The notes beneath the pieces were generated by a model, which was given only the letters and a program-made list of their open reading frames with translations, searched no databases and was not told the origin of the DNA. DNA of 64,000 bases from Mycobacteriaceae bacterium (GTDB lineage: Bacteria > Actinomycetota > Actinomycetes > Mycobacteriales > Mycobacteriaceae), in the NCBI GenBank assembly GCA_029977845.1, contig JAPOKC010000002.1, positions 996 through 64,995 on the forward strand, in the 5' to 3' direction. The translations under genes were made by a program, and so were the position numbers. Each line of letters starts with the position of its first letter. Positions within the stretch are counted from its first letter, which is position 1. This document shows, piece after piece, positions 9,618 to 19,231 of this stretch.

Positions 9618-10848
9618 AGGGCGTGTAGGGGTAGTCGGTCAATTTGATCCAGCCCTCCTCGGTGATCACCACGATCTCCTCGCTGCGGTAACCACCGGTT
9701 CCGTCCTCCCACACCACCGGTTCGAGCACCAGCACCATGCCGGCCTGCAACTCGTAACCCGCGTCGAATTCCTCTCCGAGGTCGGTTCCGATCATCGGCA
9801 TCTCGGCGGCGTTCACCCCGATCCCGTGGCCAAGGTAGAAATGCGGCAACCACGGTTTGGCGCCGTCGTTGGCGTCGATCGCGGCGCGACCGAGATCGGC
9901 GGCCGTGGCGCCGGCGCGGGTGACGTCGAGGACCGCGGTCATGATGTCTTTCCACCGCCGGAACTGCACCTGCTGACGCGCGTCCGGTTCCCGGCCGACG
10001 ATCCAGGTGCGGCCGAAGTCCGAGCAGTAGCCCCCGTAGGTGATCGAGACGTCGGTCCACAGGACGTCGCCGGCGTGCAACTCCCGTTCCGTCGACAGCA
10101 AGGGCAGTGCCAGGTCTCCGTGAGTGGTCCACACACCCTCGGCCCGACTGTTCGGCATCACCTGCCAGATGGGCTCCAGCATGGAGGCGACTGCGCCGAG
10201 TTCAAATGAACGGCGCAGGAATTCGGCGGACAGATCGATCTGACGGATACCCGGGGCCAGGGCATGCTGCACGTCGATCATCGCGGTGTCGGTAATCTGT
10301 GCGGCCCGGCGGATGCAGGCGATCTCATCGGCGGTCTTGATCGACTTGGCCGCGGCGACGATCGCGGCAGCGTCGGCAGGCGGACCGTCCGGGAAGACGG
10401 CGGCCGGCGAGCGCCGCATCGCACCGGTGAGTTCGTCGACGGCCACGACCGTGCCGCGTGGGATGAGGTCGGCGGCGATCGCGGCGAACTGCGCGACGCC
10501 CTCGTCGAATTCCAGATACAGCGCGGGATGCAGGTGGTCAACCGGAAGTCCGGTCTCCTCGGCGCTGCCCTCCCGGAACGGTAGGAACAGGTGCGGTGTC
10601 GGATCGTCGGCGAGCACGAGTGCCACCGGCCGCTCCACATGGGACAGTCCGGCATCGCCGAGGGGCCAATGACATCCGGTGGCGTAGGTGACGGCGTTGT
10701 TGCCCAGCAGCACCAGCGCGCCGATTCCCTTGTCCTTCATCGCCGCACGCAACCGGGCGCCGGTCTGCGCGCGCAGCCGGCTCCTGTCCGGCTCGACCGG
10801 GATGTCGGAGGCCGAGGCGACCGGGGCCGGCGTGGTGGCGGTGGTCAT
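9607..10848 (-). CDS. M24 family metallo-enzyme (intact D,D,H,E,E ligand set)
   Basis: KSIKTADEI, WTDVSITYGGYCSDFGRTW, GHGIG, LVLEP, GYRSEEIVVI. Confidence 0.85.
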   Translation of the reverse strand: MTTATTPAPVASASDIPVEPDRSRLRAQTGARLRAAMKDKGIGALVLLGNNAVTYATGCHWPLGDAGLSHVERPVALVLADDPTPHLFLPFREGSAEETGLPVDHLHPALYLEFDEGVAQFAAIAADLIPRGTVVAVDELTGAMRRSPAAVFPDGPPADAAAIVAAAKSIKTADEIACIRRAAQITDTAMIDVQHALAPGIRQIDLSAEFLRRSFELGAVASMLEPIWQVMPNSRAEGVWTTHGDLALPLLSTERELHAGDVLWTDVSITYGGYCSDFGRTWIVGREPDARQQVQFRRWKDIMTAVLDVTRAGATAADLGRAAIDANDGAKPWLPHFYLGHGIGVNAAEMPMIGTDLGEEFDAGYELQAGMVLVLEPVVWEDGTGGYRSEEIVVITEEGWIKLTDYPYTPYGD

Positions 10849-12009
10849 CTACAGGCCCAGGAACTTCTTGGCATTCGTGCTGCAGATCTTCACCGCGTCC
10901 ACCTGGCCGACCGCGTCGACGACCGACCTCAGCGAGCGCTGCGAGTAACCGAAGGTGCTCTCGTTGTGCGGGTAGTCCGACGACCACATGACATTGTCGA
11001 CACCGATCTCGTCGAGCAGTCTCAGGCCGAGCGGATCGACCATGAACGATGCCGTCATGTGGTTGTTCCAGTAGTAGCGGATGTCGTGCTCGACTTCGCG
11101 GTTGAACATGTGCTGGTAGGAGGCGAGCAGATGTTCGGCATCCTGCAGGGCCGTGGCGACCCATGCGATACCGCCCTCGAACCAGCCGATCTTGAGCGTC
11201 GGGTGGCGATCGAGGATGCCGGTGAAGAGGTACTTCGAGAACGTCTCCCGGAATCCGTCGACATTGATCATCATGCCGACCACGACACTGTTGTTCTCGC
11301 ACGGCGTCTTCGGCGGAGTCTCACCGATGTGGTGGCTGACCGGCAGTCCGGCTTCCTCGATCTCGTCCCACACGGCGTCCATCGCTGCGCTGCCGTAGTC
11401 GATGATCGCGTCGTCGTCGCCCTTTCCGGGATTGAGCGGCATGAGGAACGTCTTGAGCCCCAATGACTTCACCTCGGCGAGCGTGCGCCGCGCTCCGGCG
11501 GGATCCCACCAGTTGATCAGACCGACACCGTAAAAATGGCCGTTGCTGCGTTCCTGGATCTCGGCGATGTATTCGTTGTAGATCCGGAACACCTGCTCGC
11601 GCAGTTGACGATCGGGGTAGTGGAACAGCGCCAGCACGGCGTTCGGGAAGGCCAGTTCCTTGTCGACGCCGTCCTGGTGAAGTTCGGCGATCCGGGCCTC
11701 GATGTTCGTGGTGGCCGCGCCGGCGAGATCGTCGTACTGCATCAGCACCCGGCTGAAGTCCAGCGGCAGGAAGGTCTGCCCCTTACCCTTCCCCACCATG
11801 TACGCCCCGTCTTCGTACCAGATCCGGGGTGCCTTCTCCTTGAACTCGGGCGGGAACTTCTCGTAGAAGATGTCCTCCGACAACGAGATGTGGTTGTCGG
11901 CCGAGAACACCTCGGTTCCCGCCGGGAGGCCGTTGGCCTCGTTGACATTGGCGTGGCGGTCCTTCGGAGCGCCGAAGCCGCCTCGGGGATAGACGATGGC
12001 CGTGGACAT
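10849..12009 (-). CDS. Amidohydrolase_2-fold protein; candidate dinuclear oxygenase or hydrolase
   Basis: SADNH, SHHIGE, WFEGG, SSDYPHNES. Confidence 0.85.
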   Translation of the reverse strand: MSTAIVYPRGGFGAPKDRHANVNEANGLPAGTEVFSADNHISLSEDIFYEKFPPEFKEKAPRIWYEDGAYMVGKGKGQTFLPLDFSRVLMQYDDLAGAATTNIEARIAELHQDGVDKELAFPNAVLALFHYPDRQLREQVFRIYNEYIAEIQERSNGHFYGVGLINWWDPAGARRTLAEVKSLGLKTFLMPLNPGKGDDDAIIDYGSAAMDAVWDEIEEAGLPVSHHIGETPPKTPCENNSVVVGMMINVDGFRETFSKYLFTGILDRHPTLKIGWFEGGIAWVATALQDAEHLLASYQHMFNREVEHDIRYYWNNHMTASFMVDPLGLRLLDEIGVDNVMWSSDYPHNESTFGYSQRSLRSVVDAVGQVDAVKICSTNAKKFLGL

Positions 12010-12045
12010 GGTGGGGACTCCAATCTGACTGCTGCTAATGGTTTT

Positions 12046-13266
12046 TCACCAGGTGACCGGCAGTTCGTAGACGCCGTATGCCAACTTGTCGTTCTTGAAC
12101 GCGATGTTGTCGATCGATGTCGCGAGTCGTAACGTGGGCACGCGGCGCAGCAGCGTGCTGAAGACGATCTGCAGTTCGGCCCGGGCGAGCTGCTGTCCGA
12201 CGCACTGATGCCGCCCGTAACCGAAGGCGAGATTGTCATCGGCCTCCGGCCGCCTCAGCTCCAGGTGATCGGGATTCAGGAACTTCTTCGGGTCCCAGTC
12301 GGCCGGAGACAGGTCGATGATCACACCATCTCCGGCTTTGATCACGGTGCCGGCAATCTCGATGTCCTCGGTCGCCACCCGGCGCTGACCGGTGTGGATG
12401 ATGGACAGGTAGCGCAGGAGTTCCTCGACGGCGTTGGCGACGACCGCCGGGTCGTCGGTGTCGCGTAGAACGGCGAGTTGTTCGGGATTCTCCAGCAGCG
12501 CCAGCACACCCAGGCCGATCATGTTGGCTGTCGTCTCGTGACCGGCGAGCAGCAGTCCGCTGGCGAGTTGCGATGCCTCCTTGATGTCGATCTCGCCCGC
12601 CTTGACCCGTTCGGCGAGATCGGAGACCGCATCCTCTGCGGGCTCCTTCATCTTCTGCTCGACCAGGTTCCCGAGGTACCTGGCCAGACTCATGACGCCC
12701 TTCATGGTGTCCTCGGACTTGGCGTACCGGGCCAGACCGACGTTGGCGTGCTCCTGGAAGAACCCGTGATCCTCGTAGGGCACGCCGAGCATCTCGCAGA
12801 TCACCAGCGACGGGACCGGCAATGCCAGGGCACCGACGAGGTCGGCCGGTTTGGGGCCGGCCAGCATCGCGTCGATGTGGTCGTCGGTGATCTTCTGAAT
12901 GGCCGGGCGCAACGCCTCGACTCTTTTGAAGGTGAAGGGCTTGGACAGCATCCGCCGGTAGAACGTGTGCTCCTCGGCGTCGGCGGTGAACACCGACCGA
13001 GGCCGCTTGTCGACGGTGGACAGCATGTGTTCGTTCCAGTGCGGGAAGCCCGGCTTGCGGTCGTCGACACTGATCCGGGAGTCGGCGAACAGTGCGCGCG
13101 CCTCCTCGTAGCCCGTGATCAGCCACGGTGTGCTGCCATCCCAGATCGTCACCCGGCTCAGTGGAGCGGCCGCGGCAAGTTCCATCACCTCCGCCGGCGG
13201 CGCGAAGGGGCAACTGGCCGAGCGCTCCATCGGGTAGGCGTGGGCGACGGTCGCGGTGTCGGTCAC
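12046..13266 (-). CDS. Cytochrome P450 (CYP105-like)
   Basis: AGHETT I-helix, EELLR, heme motif FGYGRHQCVG; N-terminal CPFAPP typical of CYP105. Confidence 0.93.
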   Translation of the reverse strand: MTDTATVAHAYPMERSASCPFAPPAEVMELAAAAPLSRVTIWDGSTPWLITGYEEARALFADSRISVDDRKPGFPHWNEHMLSTVDKRPRSVFTADAEEHTFYRRMLSKPFTFKRVEALRPAIQKITDDHIDAMLAGPKPADLVGALALPVPSLVICEMLGVPYEDHGFFQEHANVGLARYAKSEDTMKGVMSLARYLGNLVEQKMKEPAEDAVSDLAERVKAGEIDIKEASQLASGLLLAGHETTANMIGLGVLALLENPEQLAVLRDTDDPAVVANAVEELLRYLSIIHTGQRRVATEDIEIAGTVIKAGDGVIIDLSPADWDPKKFLNPDHLELRRPEADDNLAFGYGRHQCVGQQLARAELQIVFSTLLRRVPTLRLATSIDNIAFKNDKLAYGVYELPVTW

Positions 13267-13269
13267 GGT

Positions 13270-13464
13270 TCACTCCTCGATCGTGATCGCTAGTGCGGGG
13301 CACGCGGCTGCGGCGGCCCGGACCCGGGCCTCCTGATCGTCCGGTGGCTCGTCGGTCAGCAGGACGACGACGCCGTCCTCGTCGCGCTGGTCGAACACCG
13401 CCGCGGCATTGCGGACGCACTGCCCGGAGGAGACGCAGGCGGCCTGATCGACGACGACTTTCAT
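13270..13464 (-). CDS. [3Fe-4S]-type ferredoxin (CxxSxxC...CP)
   Basis: MKVVVDQAACVSSGQC...ACPALAI; ATG at 13464 overlaps the TetR stop. Confidence 0.9.
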   Translation of the reverse strand: MKVVVDQAACVSSGQCVRNAAAVFDQRDEDGVVVLLTDEPPDDQEARVRAAAAACPALAITIEE

Positions 13465-14126
13465 ATCCCGTCCACCTCCTCGGTGACCGGCGCCAACCAC
13501 AGCCCGATGATCGCGTCGATCAGACCCGACGATGCCGAACCCCAGGTCAGGTTCGGCGAGCGCGTGCGGTCGGCGATGGCACGCTCGTAATGGGCGCAGG
13601 TGTGGATCAGCAGGTTGCGGCCCATGACGTTGCGCTCGGCCCGGACGCGGGTCGGCAGATCTGGCAGACACCGGCTGATGCCCTCGAGAACCGTGACCAG
13701 GGCCGGCAGGGCCAAAGCCCCGGAAGTGATGGTCTGGTAGTAGGCCGGATCGGCCATGACCTGAGCGGCGAAACGGGCGTACCAGGTCGGATTGCCCAGC
13801 GCGGTCAGGTGATCGGTCAACGGAAGGACCAGGGCGCCGACCCAGTCCCGCAACTCCTCCGAATCCCCCATCTCGGCCAGTCGTTGTGCGCGCAGTCGCT
13901 CCACCGGGACGGCGTGCTTGTGCTCGATGGCCCGGACGAGGTCGGTCTTGGTTCCGAAGTGGTACCCGACGGCGGCGTTGTTGCCCTGCCCGGCGGCCTC
14001 GCTGACCTGACGGTTGGACACCGCGTAGACACCGTGTTCGGCGAACAGTCGCTCAGCGGCCGCGAGGATCGCCTCGCGGGTGAGACTGGCCCGGTCGGCC
14101 CGGGTGCCGGTGGTCGCAGCGGTCAT
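13461..14126 (-). CDS. TetR family transcriptional regulator
   Basis: TREAILAAAERLFAEHG...RQVSEAAGQGNNAAVGYHFGTKTDL HTH. Confidence 0.92.
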   Translation of the reverse strand: MTAATTGTRADRASLTREAILAAAERLFAEHGVYAVSNRQVSEAAGQGNNAAVGYHFGTKTDLVRAIEHKHAVPVERLRAQRLAEMGDSEELRDWVGALVLPLTDHLTALGNPTWYARFAAQVMADPAYYQTITSGALALPALVTVLEGISRCLPDLPTRVRAERNVMGRNLLIHTCAHYERAIADRTRSPNLTWGSASSGLIDAIIGLWLAPVTEEVDGI

Positions 14127-14154
14127 CAAGGCCAGTCAACCCCCGACCATTCTT

Positions 14155-14170
14155 TAAGTCAAGTGCTTTA
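14155..14170. promoter_or_regulatory. Candidate TetR operator overlapping a TTGACT -35 element of the tetR-fdx-P450 unit
   Basis: AT-rich imperfect palindrome TAAGTCAAGTGCTTTA (TAAnnCAnnTGnnTTA) about 30 bp upstream of tetR. Confidence 0.45.
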
Positions 14171-14983
14171 TTTTCCGGGGCGCGGTTTCCGGCCGACCGG
14201 CCGACCGGCGGCCGTGCCGCCGTCGACGGGCAGCACGGTTCCGGTGACGTACGGCGAGCGGTCGCCGGCGAAGTAGACCGCCACCTCGGCGACGTCCTCG
14301 ATGGTGCCCTCGCGTTCGAGTGGCCGGTCGGCCCGCATCGTCTCGCGGATGCGCGCCTCGAATTCGGCGACGGCTTCGGCGTCCTTGCCGTGCGCCGACG
14401 AGGCGACGATCGCCGTCCTGATGTGGCCGGGCGCGATGCAGTTCACCCGGACCTCGTAGGCCGCCAACTCCACGGCAGCGCATTTGGTGAAGTGGATGAC
14501 CGCTGCCTTGGATGCGCGATAGGTCATCACCCCGCCCCCGGCCTGAATCCCTCCGATGGAGGTGAGATTGATGATCGAACCGCCGCCGTGTTCGGCCATG
14601 TACCGCGCGGCATCGCGCGTGCCCGCCATCACCGCCCGCAGGTTGATCGCCATCACCCGTTCGAAGTCGGCCAGGTCGTCACTGAGAAAGCTCCGATGCA
14701 TCTTCCCTGAGACCCCGGCGTTGTTGACCATGACGTCCAGGCCGCCGTAACGATCGATCGCCGCATCGATCAACCGGCTGAGCTGAACGGTGTCGGCGAC
14801 GTCGGTCGCCAGGAACAACGCCTTCTCGCCGTGCCGATCGGCCAGCTCCGCACCTCGGTCGGAGTCCACGTCACCGAACACCACCGACGCCCCCTCGGCC
14901 AGGAATCGCTCGACGATACCCGCACCGAGACCGGCCGCACCTCCGGTGACCACGGCCACCTTGCCCGCCAGTTCAGCGCTCAT
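14168..14983 (-). CDS. SDR family oxidoreductase
   Basis: TGGAAGLG, NNAG, YRASK. Confidence 0.92.
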   Translation of the reverse strand: MSAELAGKVAVVTGGAAGLGAGIVERFLAEGASVVFGDVDSDRGAELADRHGEKALFLATDVADTVQLSRLIDAAIDRYGGLDVMVNNAGVSGKMHRSFLSDDLADFERVMAINLRAVMAGTRDAARYMAEHGGGSIINLTSIGGIQAGGGVMTYRASKAAVIHFTKCAAVELAAYEVRVNCIAPGHIRTAIVASSAHGKDAEAVAEFEARIRETMRADRPLEREGTIEDVAEVAVYFAGDRSPYVTGTVLPVDGGTAAGRPVGRKPRPGK

Positions 14984-15013
14984 GCCGCAGTTATACCCCT
15001 ACGGCACACTTCG

Positions 15014-15043
15014 TTGACACCCTTGGCGTGAAACTGCCACAGT
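15014..15043 (+). promoter_or_regulatory. SigA-like promoter; probably leaderless P450 transcript
   Basis: TTGACA-18 nt-CACAGT, then 7 nt to GTG start at 15051; no RBS visible. Confidence 0.5.
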
Positions 15044-15050
15044 CATCGGT

Positions 15051-16232
15051 GTGACGGCCCACACCGACAGCACGTTGAGTTACGACCCGTACAACGTCGA
15101 AGTCAACATCAATCCGTTCGCGGTGTTCGCGCGCATCCGCCAAGAGGCGCCGCTCTACTACAACCCTGAGTTCGATTTCTTCGCGCTCAGCCGCTACGAC
15201 GATGTCAACAAGGCACTGATCGACAACGAGACGTTCATCTCCGGCCGTGGGGCGCTGCTGGAGATCATCAAATCGGGAATGGAAATCCCCCCGGGCACAC
15301 TGATATTCGAGGATCCCCCGATCCACACCATCCACCGCAACCTGCTGTCCCGGATGTTCACGCCCCGAAAGATCGCCGCGCTGGAACCTCAGGTCCGTGA
15401 ATTCACCGCGCGTTGCCTCGACCCCCTCATCGGCACCGGCCGCTTCGATTTCGTCAACGACCTCGGCGAGCAGATGCCGATGAATGTGATCGGCATGCTG
15501 CTGGGAATCCCCGAGGAGTTGCAGCGACAGGTCGCCGACCACGGCGAGGCGAGTCTGCAACGGGAGAAGGTCGACTCCTTCTCCTCCGGCGAGGTGTTCG
15601 GCGAACTCATCGACTGGCGAACCAAGCATCCCGCCGACGACATCATGACCGACCTGCTCAACGCGGAGTTCACCGATGAGACCGGCACGGTTCGCCGGCT
15701 GAGCCGCGACGAACTGCTGATGTATCTGACGGTCGTCGCGACCGCGGGCGCGGAGACCACCACCCGATTGATCGGCTGGACGGGAAAGACACTGGCGGAG
15801 CATCCCGATCAGCGCCGCGATCTCGTCGAGAACCCGTCATTGATCCCCCAGACCATTGAGGAGATTCTTCGTTTCGAACCCCCCGCACTGCAGGTCGCCC
15901 GCTATGTCGCGCGCGACGTCGAGTACTACGGCCGGACAGTGCCGGAAGGCTCGGCCATGCTGATGCTGGTCGGTTCGGCCAACCGCGACCATCGCCGGTT
16001 CGCCCCGGACGGCGACGTGTTCGACATCCACCGGGAACAGAAGTCGCACATGACGTTCAGCGCGGGCGCGCACTTCTGTCTGGGTAACGCGCTGGCCCGA
16101 TTGGAGGGCCGGATCGCACTGGAAGAGGTTCTCAAGCGATTCCCCACCTGGGAGGTCGACTGGCCCAATGCGGTGAAGTCCCCGACCACTGCCGTCCGCG
16201 GGTGGCAAGCGATGCCCACCATCGTCTCCTAG
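15051..16232 (+). CDS. Cytochrome P450 (CYP189-like, tentative)
   Basis: AGAETT, EEILR, heme motif FSAGAHFCLG. Confidence 0.92.
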   Translation: MTAHTDSTLSYDPYNVEVNINPFAVFARIRQEAPLYYNPEFDFFALSRYDDVNKALIDNETFISGRGALLEIIKSGMEIPPGTLIFEDPPIHTIHRNLLSRMFTPRKIAALEPQVREFTARCLDPLIGTGRFDFVNDLGEQMPMNVIGMLLGIPEELQRQVADHGEASLQREKVDSFSSGEVFGELIDWRTKHPADDIMTDLLNAEFTDETGTVRRLSRDELLMYLTVVATAGAETTTRLIGWTGKTLAEHPDQRRDLVENPSLIPQTIEEILRFEPPALQVARYVARDVEYYGRTVPEGSAMLMLVGSANRDHRRFAPDGDVFDIHREQKSHMTFSAGAHFCLGNALARLEGRIALEEVLKRFPTWEVDWPNAVKSPTTAVRGWQAMPTIVS

Positions 16233-16255
16233 ACCGCGGGGCTGGGGAGGTTGAG

Positions 16256-18409
16256 GTGATCGTCCACACCTTCTGCCGGTACTGCCTGGCATCCTGCGGT
16301 GTGGAGGTCGAGGTCACCGACAACCGGGTCGTGAAGATCTCGCCGGACAGGGCGAACCCGCACAGCTGGACCGATTTCTGTGCGAAGGGGCGCACCGCGG
16401 CCGAAGTCGTCGAGCATCCGCGCCGCATTCTGCATCCGATGCGGCGGGTGGACGACGGGTACGTCGAAGCGACCTGGGACGAGGCCGTCGCCGATATCGC
16501 AAGCCGGATGACGGCGATCATCGACGCCGACGGACCTGACGCGATCGCCTCCTACGCCGGCAATCCGGCCGGTTACTCCTCGTCGAGCATCCTGTTCATG
16601 ACCGGATGGCTCGACGCCATCGGAAGCCGAAACCGCTACCACGTCGGCTCGGTGGATCAGAACGCCCTGCACGTGGTGGCCGAATCCATGTACGGCTCGC
16701 AATTGTTCGTTCCGGTATCGGATGTCGACAACTGCGACTACTTCCTGATCGTCGGCGCCAACCCCGCGGTGAGTGCCTGGAACTGGGTCGAATCGGTACC
16801 CGGTGGCTGGAAACGGACCTTGGAACGTCAGCGGTCCGGCGCCACGATTGCGGTCGTCGATCCGATCCGCAGCGAGACCGCCGAGAGGGCCGACGTGCAT
16901 CTGGCGGTCCGCCCGGGACAGGATTGGGCTCTGCTTCTGGGCATGCTGGCGGTGATCCTCAATGAGCGCCGCGAACACCCGGGGGACTGCCGCGACCTGG
17001 TGACGGGAATGTCCGATCTACGGCGCCTGGCCTCCGAGGTTGACCTGGACGACCTGTCTGCGCGGTGTGACATCCCGCGATCCGAGATCGAATCGGTGGC
17101 AAGGGATTTCGCTGCGGCGCCGCGTGCCATGGTGATCACCCGTACCGGGGTCTCATTGCATGCGGCAGGGACGATCGGTGAATGGCTCGGTCACGTTCTC
17201 AACACCATCACCGGGCGAATGGACCGGCCCGGCGGTCGGCGCTACGAGCCCGGTTACGTCGACGCGTTGCGGTTGGCGGCGCTGGCCAAGGCTCCCGACC
17301 ACCGCAGTCGCGTGCAGGGACGTGCGCTGGTCGCCGGCCATCACGGCTTGGACGAACTCCCGGATGAGATCACGACGCCCGGCCCCGGCCGCATCCGCGC
17401 GCTGGTCATCAACGCCGGCAATCCCGTGGTCTCTGGTCCGGACGGCGCGAAACTCGATCATGCTTTGCAACAACTGGACCTCCTGGTCGCTATCGATCTC
17501 GTCCAGCGCGAAAGTCACCGTCACGCGCACTGGCTGTTACCGGCCGTGCACTGGCTTGAGCGCGACGACCTGCTGGCACTGACCAGCGGCCTGCACGACG
17601 AACCGTATGTGCATTTCGGGCGCCGGGCGATCGCGCCGCCGGGGCAGGCCCGCGAGGAATGGCGGTTCTTCCTGGACCTGACCCTGGCGATGAAACGACC
17701 GTTCCTCGGTATCAGAGGGGTCAACCGATTCGTCACGGCGTCGCGGGGCATAGCTCGTGCGACTCGCAGGCCCGGCCTGGAGTTCGGGCCGCACTGGATC
17801 GACCGGCTCATCCTCGCGAGTTCCAGGGGGATCAGTTGGCGGAAGGTCGTGAGCCGCCCGCACGGATGGGTGCTGGGCCCGCGACAGTTCGGCCGCCTGC
17901 GCGGCGCCTTGCGGACACCCGACAAGAAGATTCACGTGGCTCCGCCGGAATTCGTGGCACGGACCCGGGAGTTGCTCGCCGAACCACAACCGGAGGCGCC
18001 GGCCGGTATGCCCTATCTGCTCGGAAACCGCCGGCGGCGCCATTCGATGAACTCGTGGCTCAACGATCTGCCCGGACTTCATCCGTCCGGAAAGGACAAC
18101 CTGTTGCTCATCCATCCTTCAGACGCCTCCTCGCTTGGCATCAGTGACGGTGAGCGCGTCGGGGTGTTCTCCGCTGTGAGTCGGATCGAGGTCACCGCAT
18201 GCCTCAGCGACCGGCCCCGGCCCGGCGTGCTGATCCTCGACCACGGCTGGGGGTCGCGGGTTTTCGATCCGCGCGGCGGCGGGCCGCCGGTGTCGTTCGG
18301 CGTCAACCGGAACCTGCTGGCCGGGGCGGCGCCGCTGGATCCGCTCTCCCAGACACCGGCGCTCAATTCGACGTATGTGGGTATCGAGCGCCTTGCCCGG
18401 GAATCATGA
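16256..18409 (+). CDS. Molybdopterin (bis-MGD, DMSO reductase family) oxidoreductase with N-terminal [4Fe-4S]
   Basis: CRYCLASC...FCAKG, VGANP, VVDP, GNPVVSGPD, C-terminal RRRHSMNSW...IHPSDA domain IV; GTG start 16256. Confidence 0.88.
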   Translation: MIVHTFCRYCLASCGVEVEVTDNRVVKISPDRANPHSWTDFCAKGRTAAEVVEHPRRILHPMRRVDDGYVEATWDEAVADIASRMTAIIDADGPDAIASYAGNPAGYSSSSILFMTGWLDAIGSRNRYHVGSVDQNALHVVAESMYGSQLFVPVSDVDNCDYFLIVGANPAVSAWNWVESVPGGWKRTLERQRSGATIAVVDPIRSETAERADVHLAVRPGQDWALLLGMLAVILNERREHPGDCRDLVTGMSDLRRLASEVDLDDLSARCDIPRSEIESVARDFAAAPRAMVITRTGVSLHAAGTIGEWLGHVLNTITGRMDRPGGRRYEPGYVDALRLAALAKAPDHRSRVQGRALVAGHHGLDELPDEITTPGPGRIRALVINAGNPVVSGPDGAKLDHALQQLDLLVAIDLVQRESHRHAHWLLPAVHWLERDDLLALTSGLHDEPYVHFGRRAIAPPGQAREEWRFFLDLTLAMKRPFLGIRGVNRFVTASRGIARATRRPGLEFGPHWIDRLILASSRGISWRKVVSRPHGWVLGPRQFGRLRGALRTPDKKIHVAPPEFVARTRELLAEPQPEAPAGMPYLLGNRRRRHSMNSWLNDLPGLHPSGKDNLLLIHPSDASSLGISDGERVGVFSAVSRIEVTACLSDRPRPGVLILDHGWGSRVFDPRGGGPPVSFGVNRNLLAGAAPLDPLSQTPALNSTYVGIERLARES

Positions 18410-19228
18410 GCACTCCGCCAGGAACTGCAGCAGCACCGCGTTGACCGCCTCGGGTTGCTCGATCTGCGGGCAGTGACCGGCGTCGGGGATGACGGCGGAC
18501 CGAGCGCCGGTGATACGGCCGGCGATCTGCTCCGCCCACCCGGCCGGCAGCAGTTTGTCGCCGGCCCCCTCGACCAGCAGCACCGGAACAGTGATCCGGT
18601 CGTAGTCACGCGCGCTGGAGGGTGGAGGCGGTGCATCCAGGCCCGGTCGGCGAAATCGCGCTGCCGCCAACGACTCCCACGCTCCCGGAGCGACACTGGC
18701 GTCGTAACGCCGTCGAACGTAGGCGTCGTCGGTCGGATAGGACGGGTCGAGGAACAGTGCCTCGACGATCGCGCGCATCGCCTCCAGGGATGCGTCGTAG
18801 CCGTACAGAGCCGCGGTGTGCCGGTTCTGCTGGATGTCACCACCGCCGCAGATCGCCACCGCGGTGCGCACCGGCAGCACCGGTTTGTTCGCGGTCAGAT
18901 CGGTGAGCAGATTGATCGCGCCCATCGAATTGCCGATGAAGTGAGCTGACTCGACACCCAGCGCTTCGCAGAAGCGTGCGATGTGGCGGATACGGAAACC
19001 GCGGCCGTCGGTGAAGTCCATCACCTTCGCGGAGTCACCGAACCCCAACATGTCCGGCGCCAGGACACGGTACTGCGCGGCAAGCGCCGGAATCGTCTTC
19101 TCCCAGGCGATCTCGGCACCGGCTCCGAATTCGCCGCCGTGCAACAGGACCACCGCTTCACCCTCGCCGGCATCGAGGTAGTGGGTGCTCATCCCATCGA
19201 TCGCGATCGACCGGTGCGTGAGGCTCAT
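18404..19228 (-). CDS. Alpha/beta hydrolase, meta-cleavage-product hydrolase-like
   Basis: LLHGG, FIGNSMGA nucleophile elbow, AGHCPQIE. Confidence 0.88.
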   Translation of the reverse strand: MSLTHRSIAIDGMSTHYLDAGEGEAVVLLHGGEFGAGAEIAWEKTIPALAAQYRVLAPDMLGFGDSAKVMDFTDGRGFRIRHIARFCEALGVESAHFIGNSMGAINLLTDLTANKPVLPVRTAVAICGGGDIQQNRHTAALYGYDASLEAMRAIVEALFLDPSYPTDDAYVRRRYDASVAPGAWESLAAARFRRPGLDAPPPPSSARDYDRITVPVLLVEGAGDKLLPAGWAEQIAGRITGARSAVIPDAGHCPQIEQPEAVNAVLLQFLAECS

Positions 19229-19231
19229 CCG

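Noticed and set aside
18404-18409. Convergent genes sharing TCATGA as overlapping stops (similar overlap at 29425-29428)
   Set aside because: Common compact arrangement in mycobacteria; no evidence of special function
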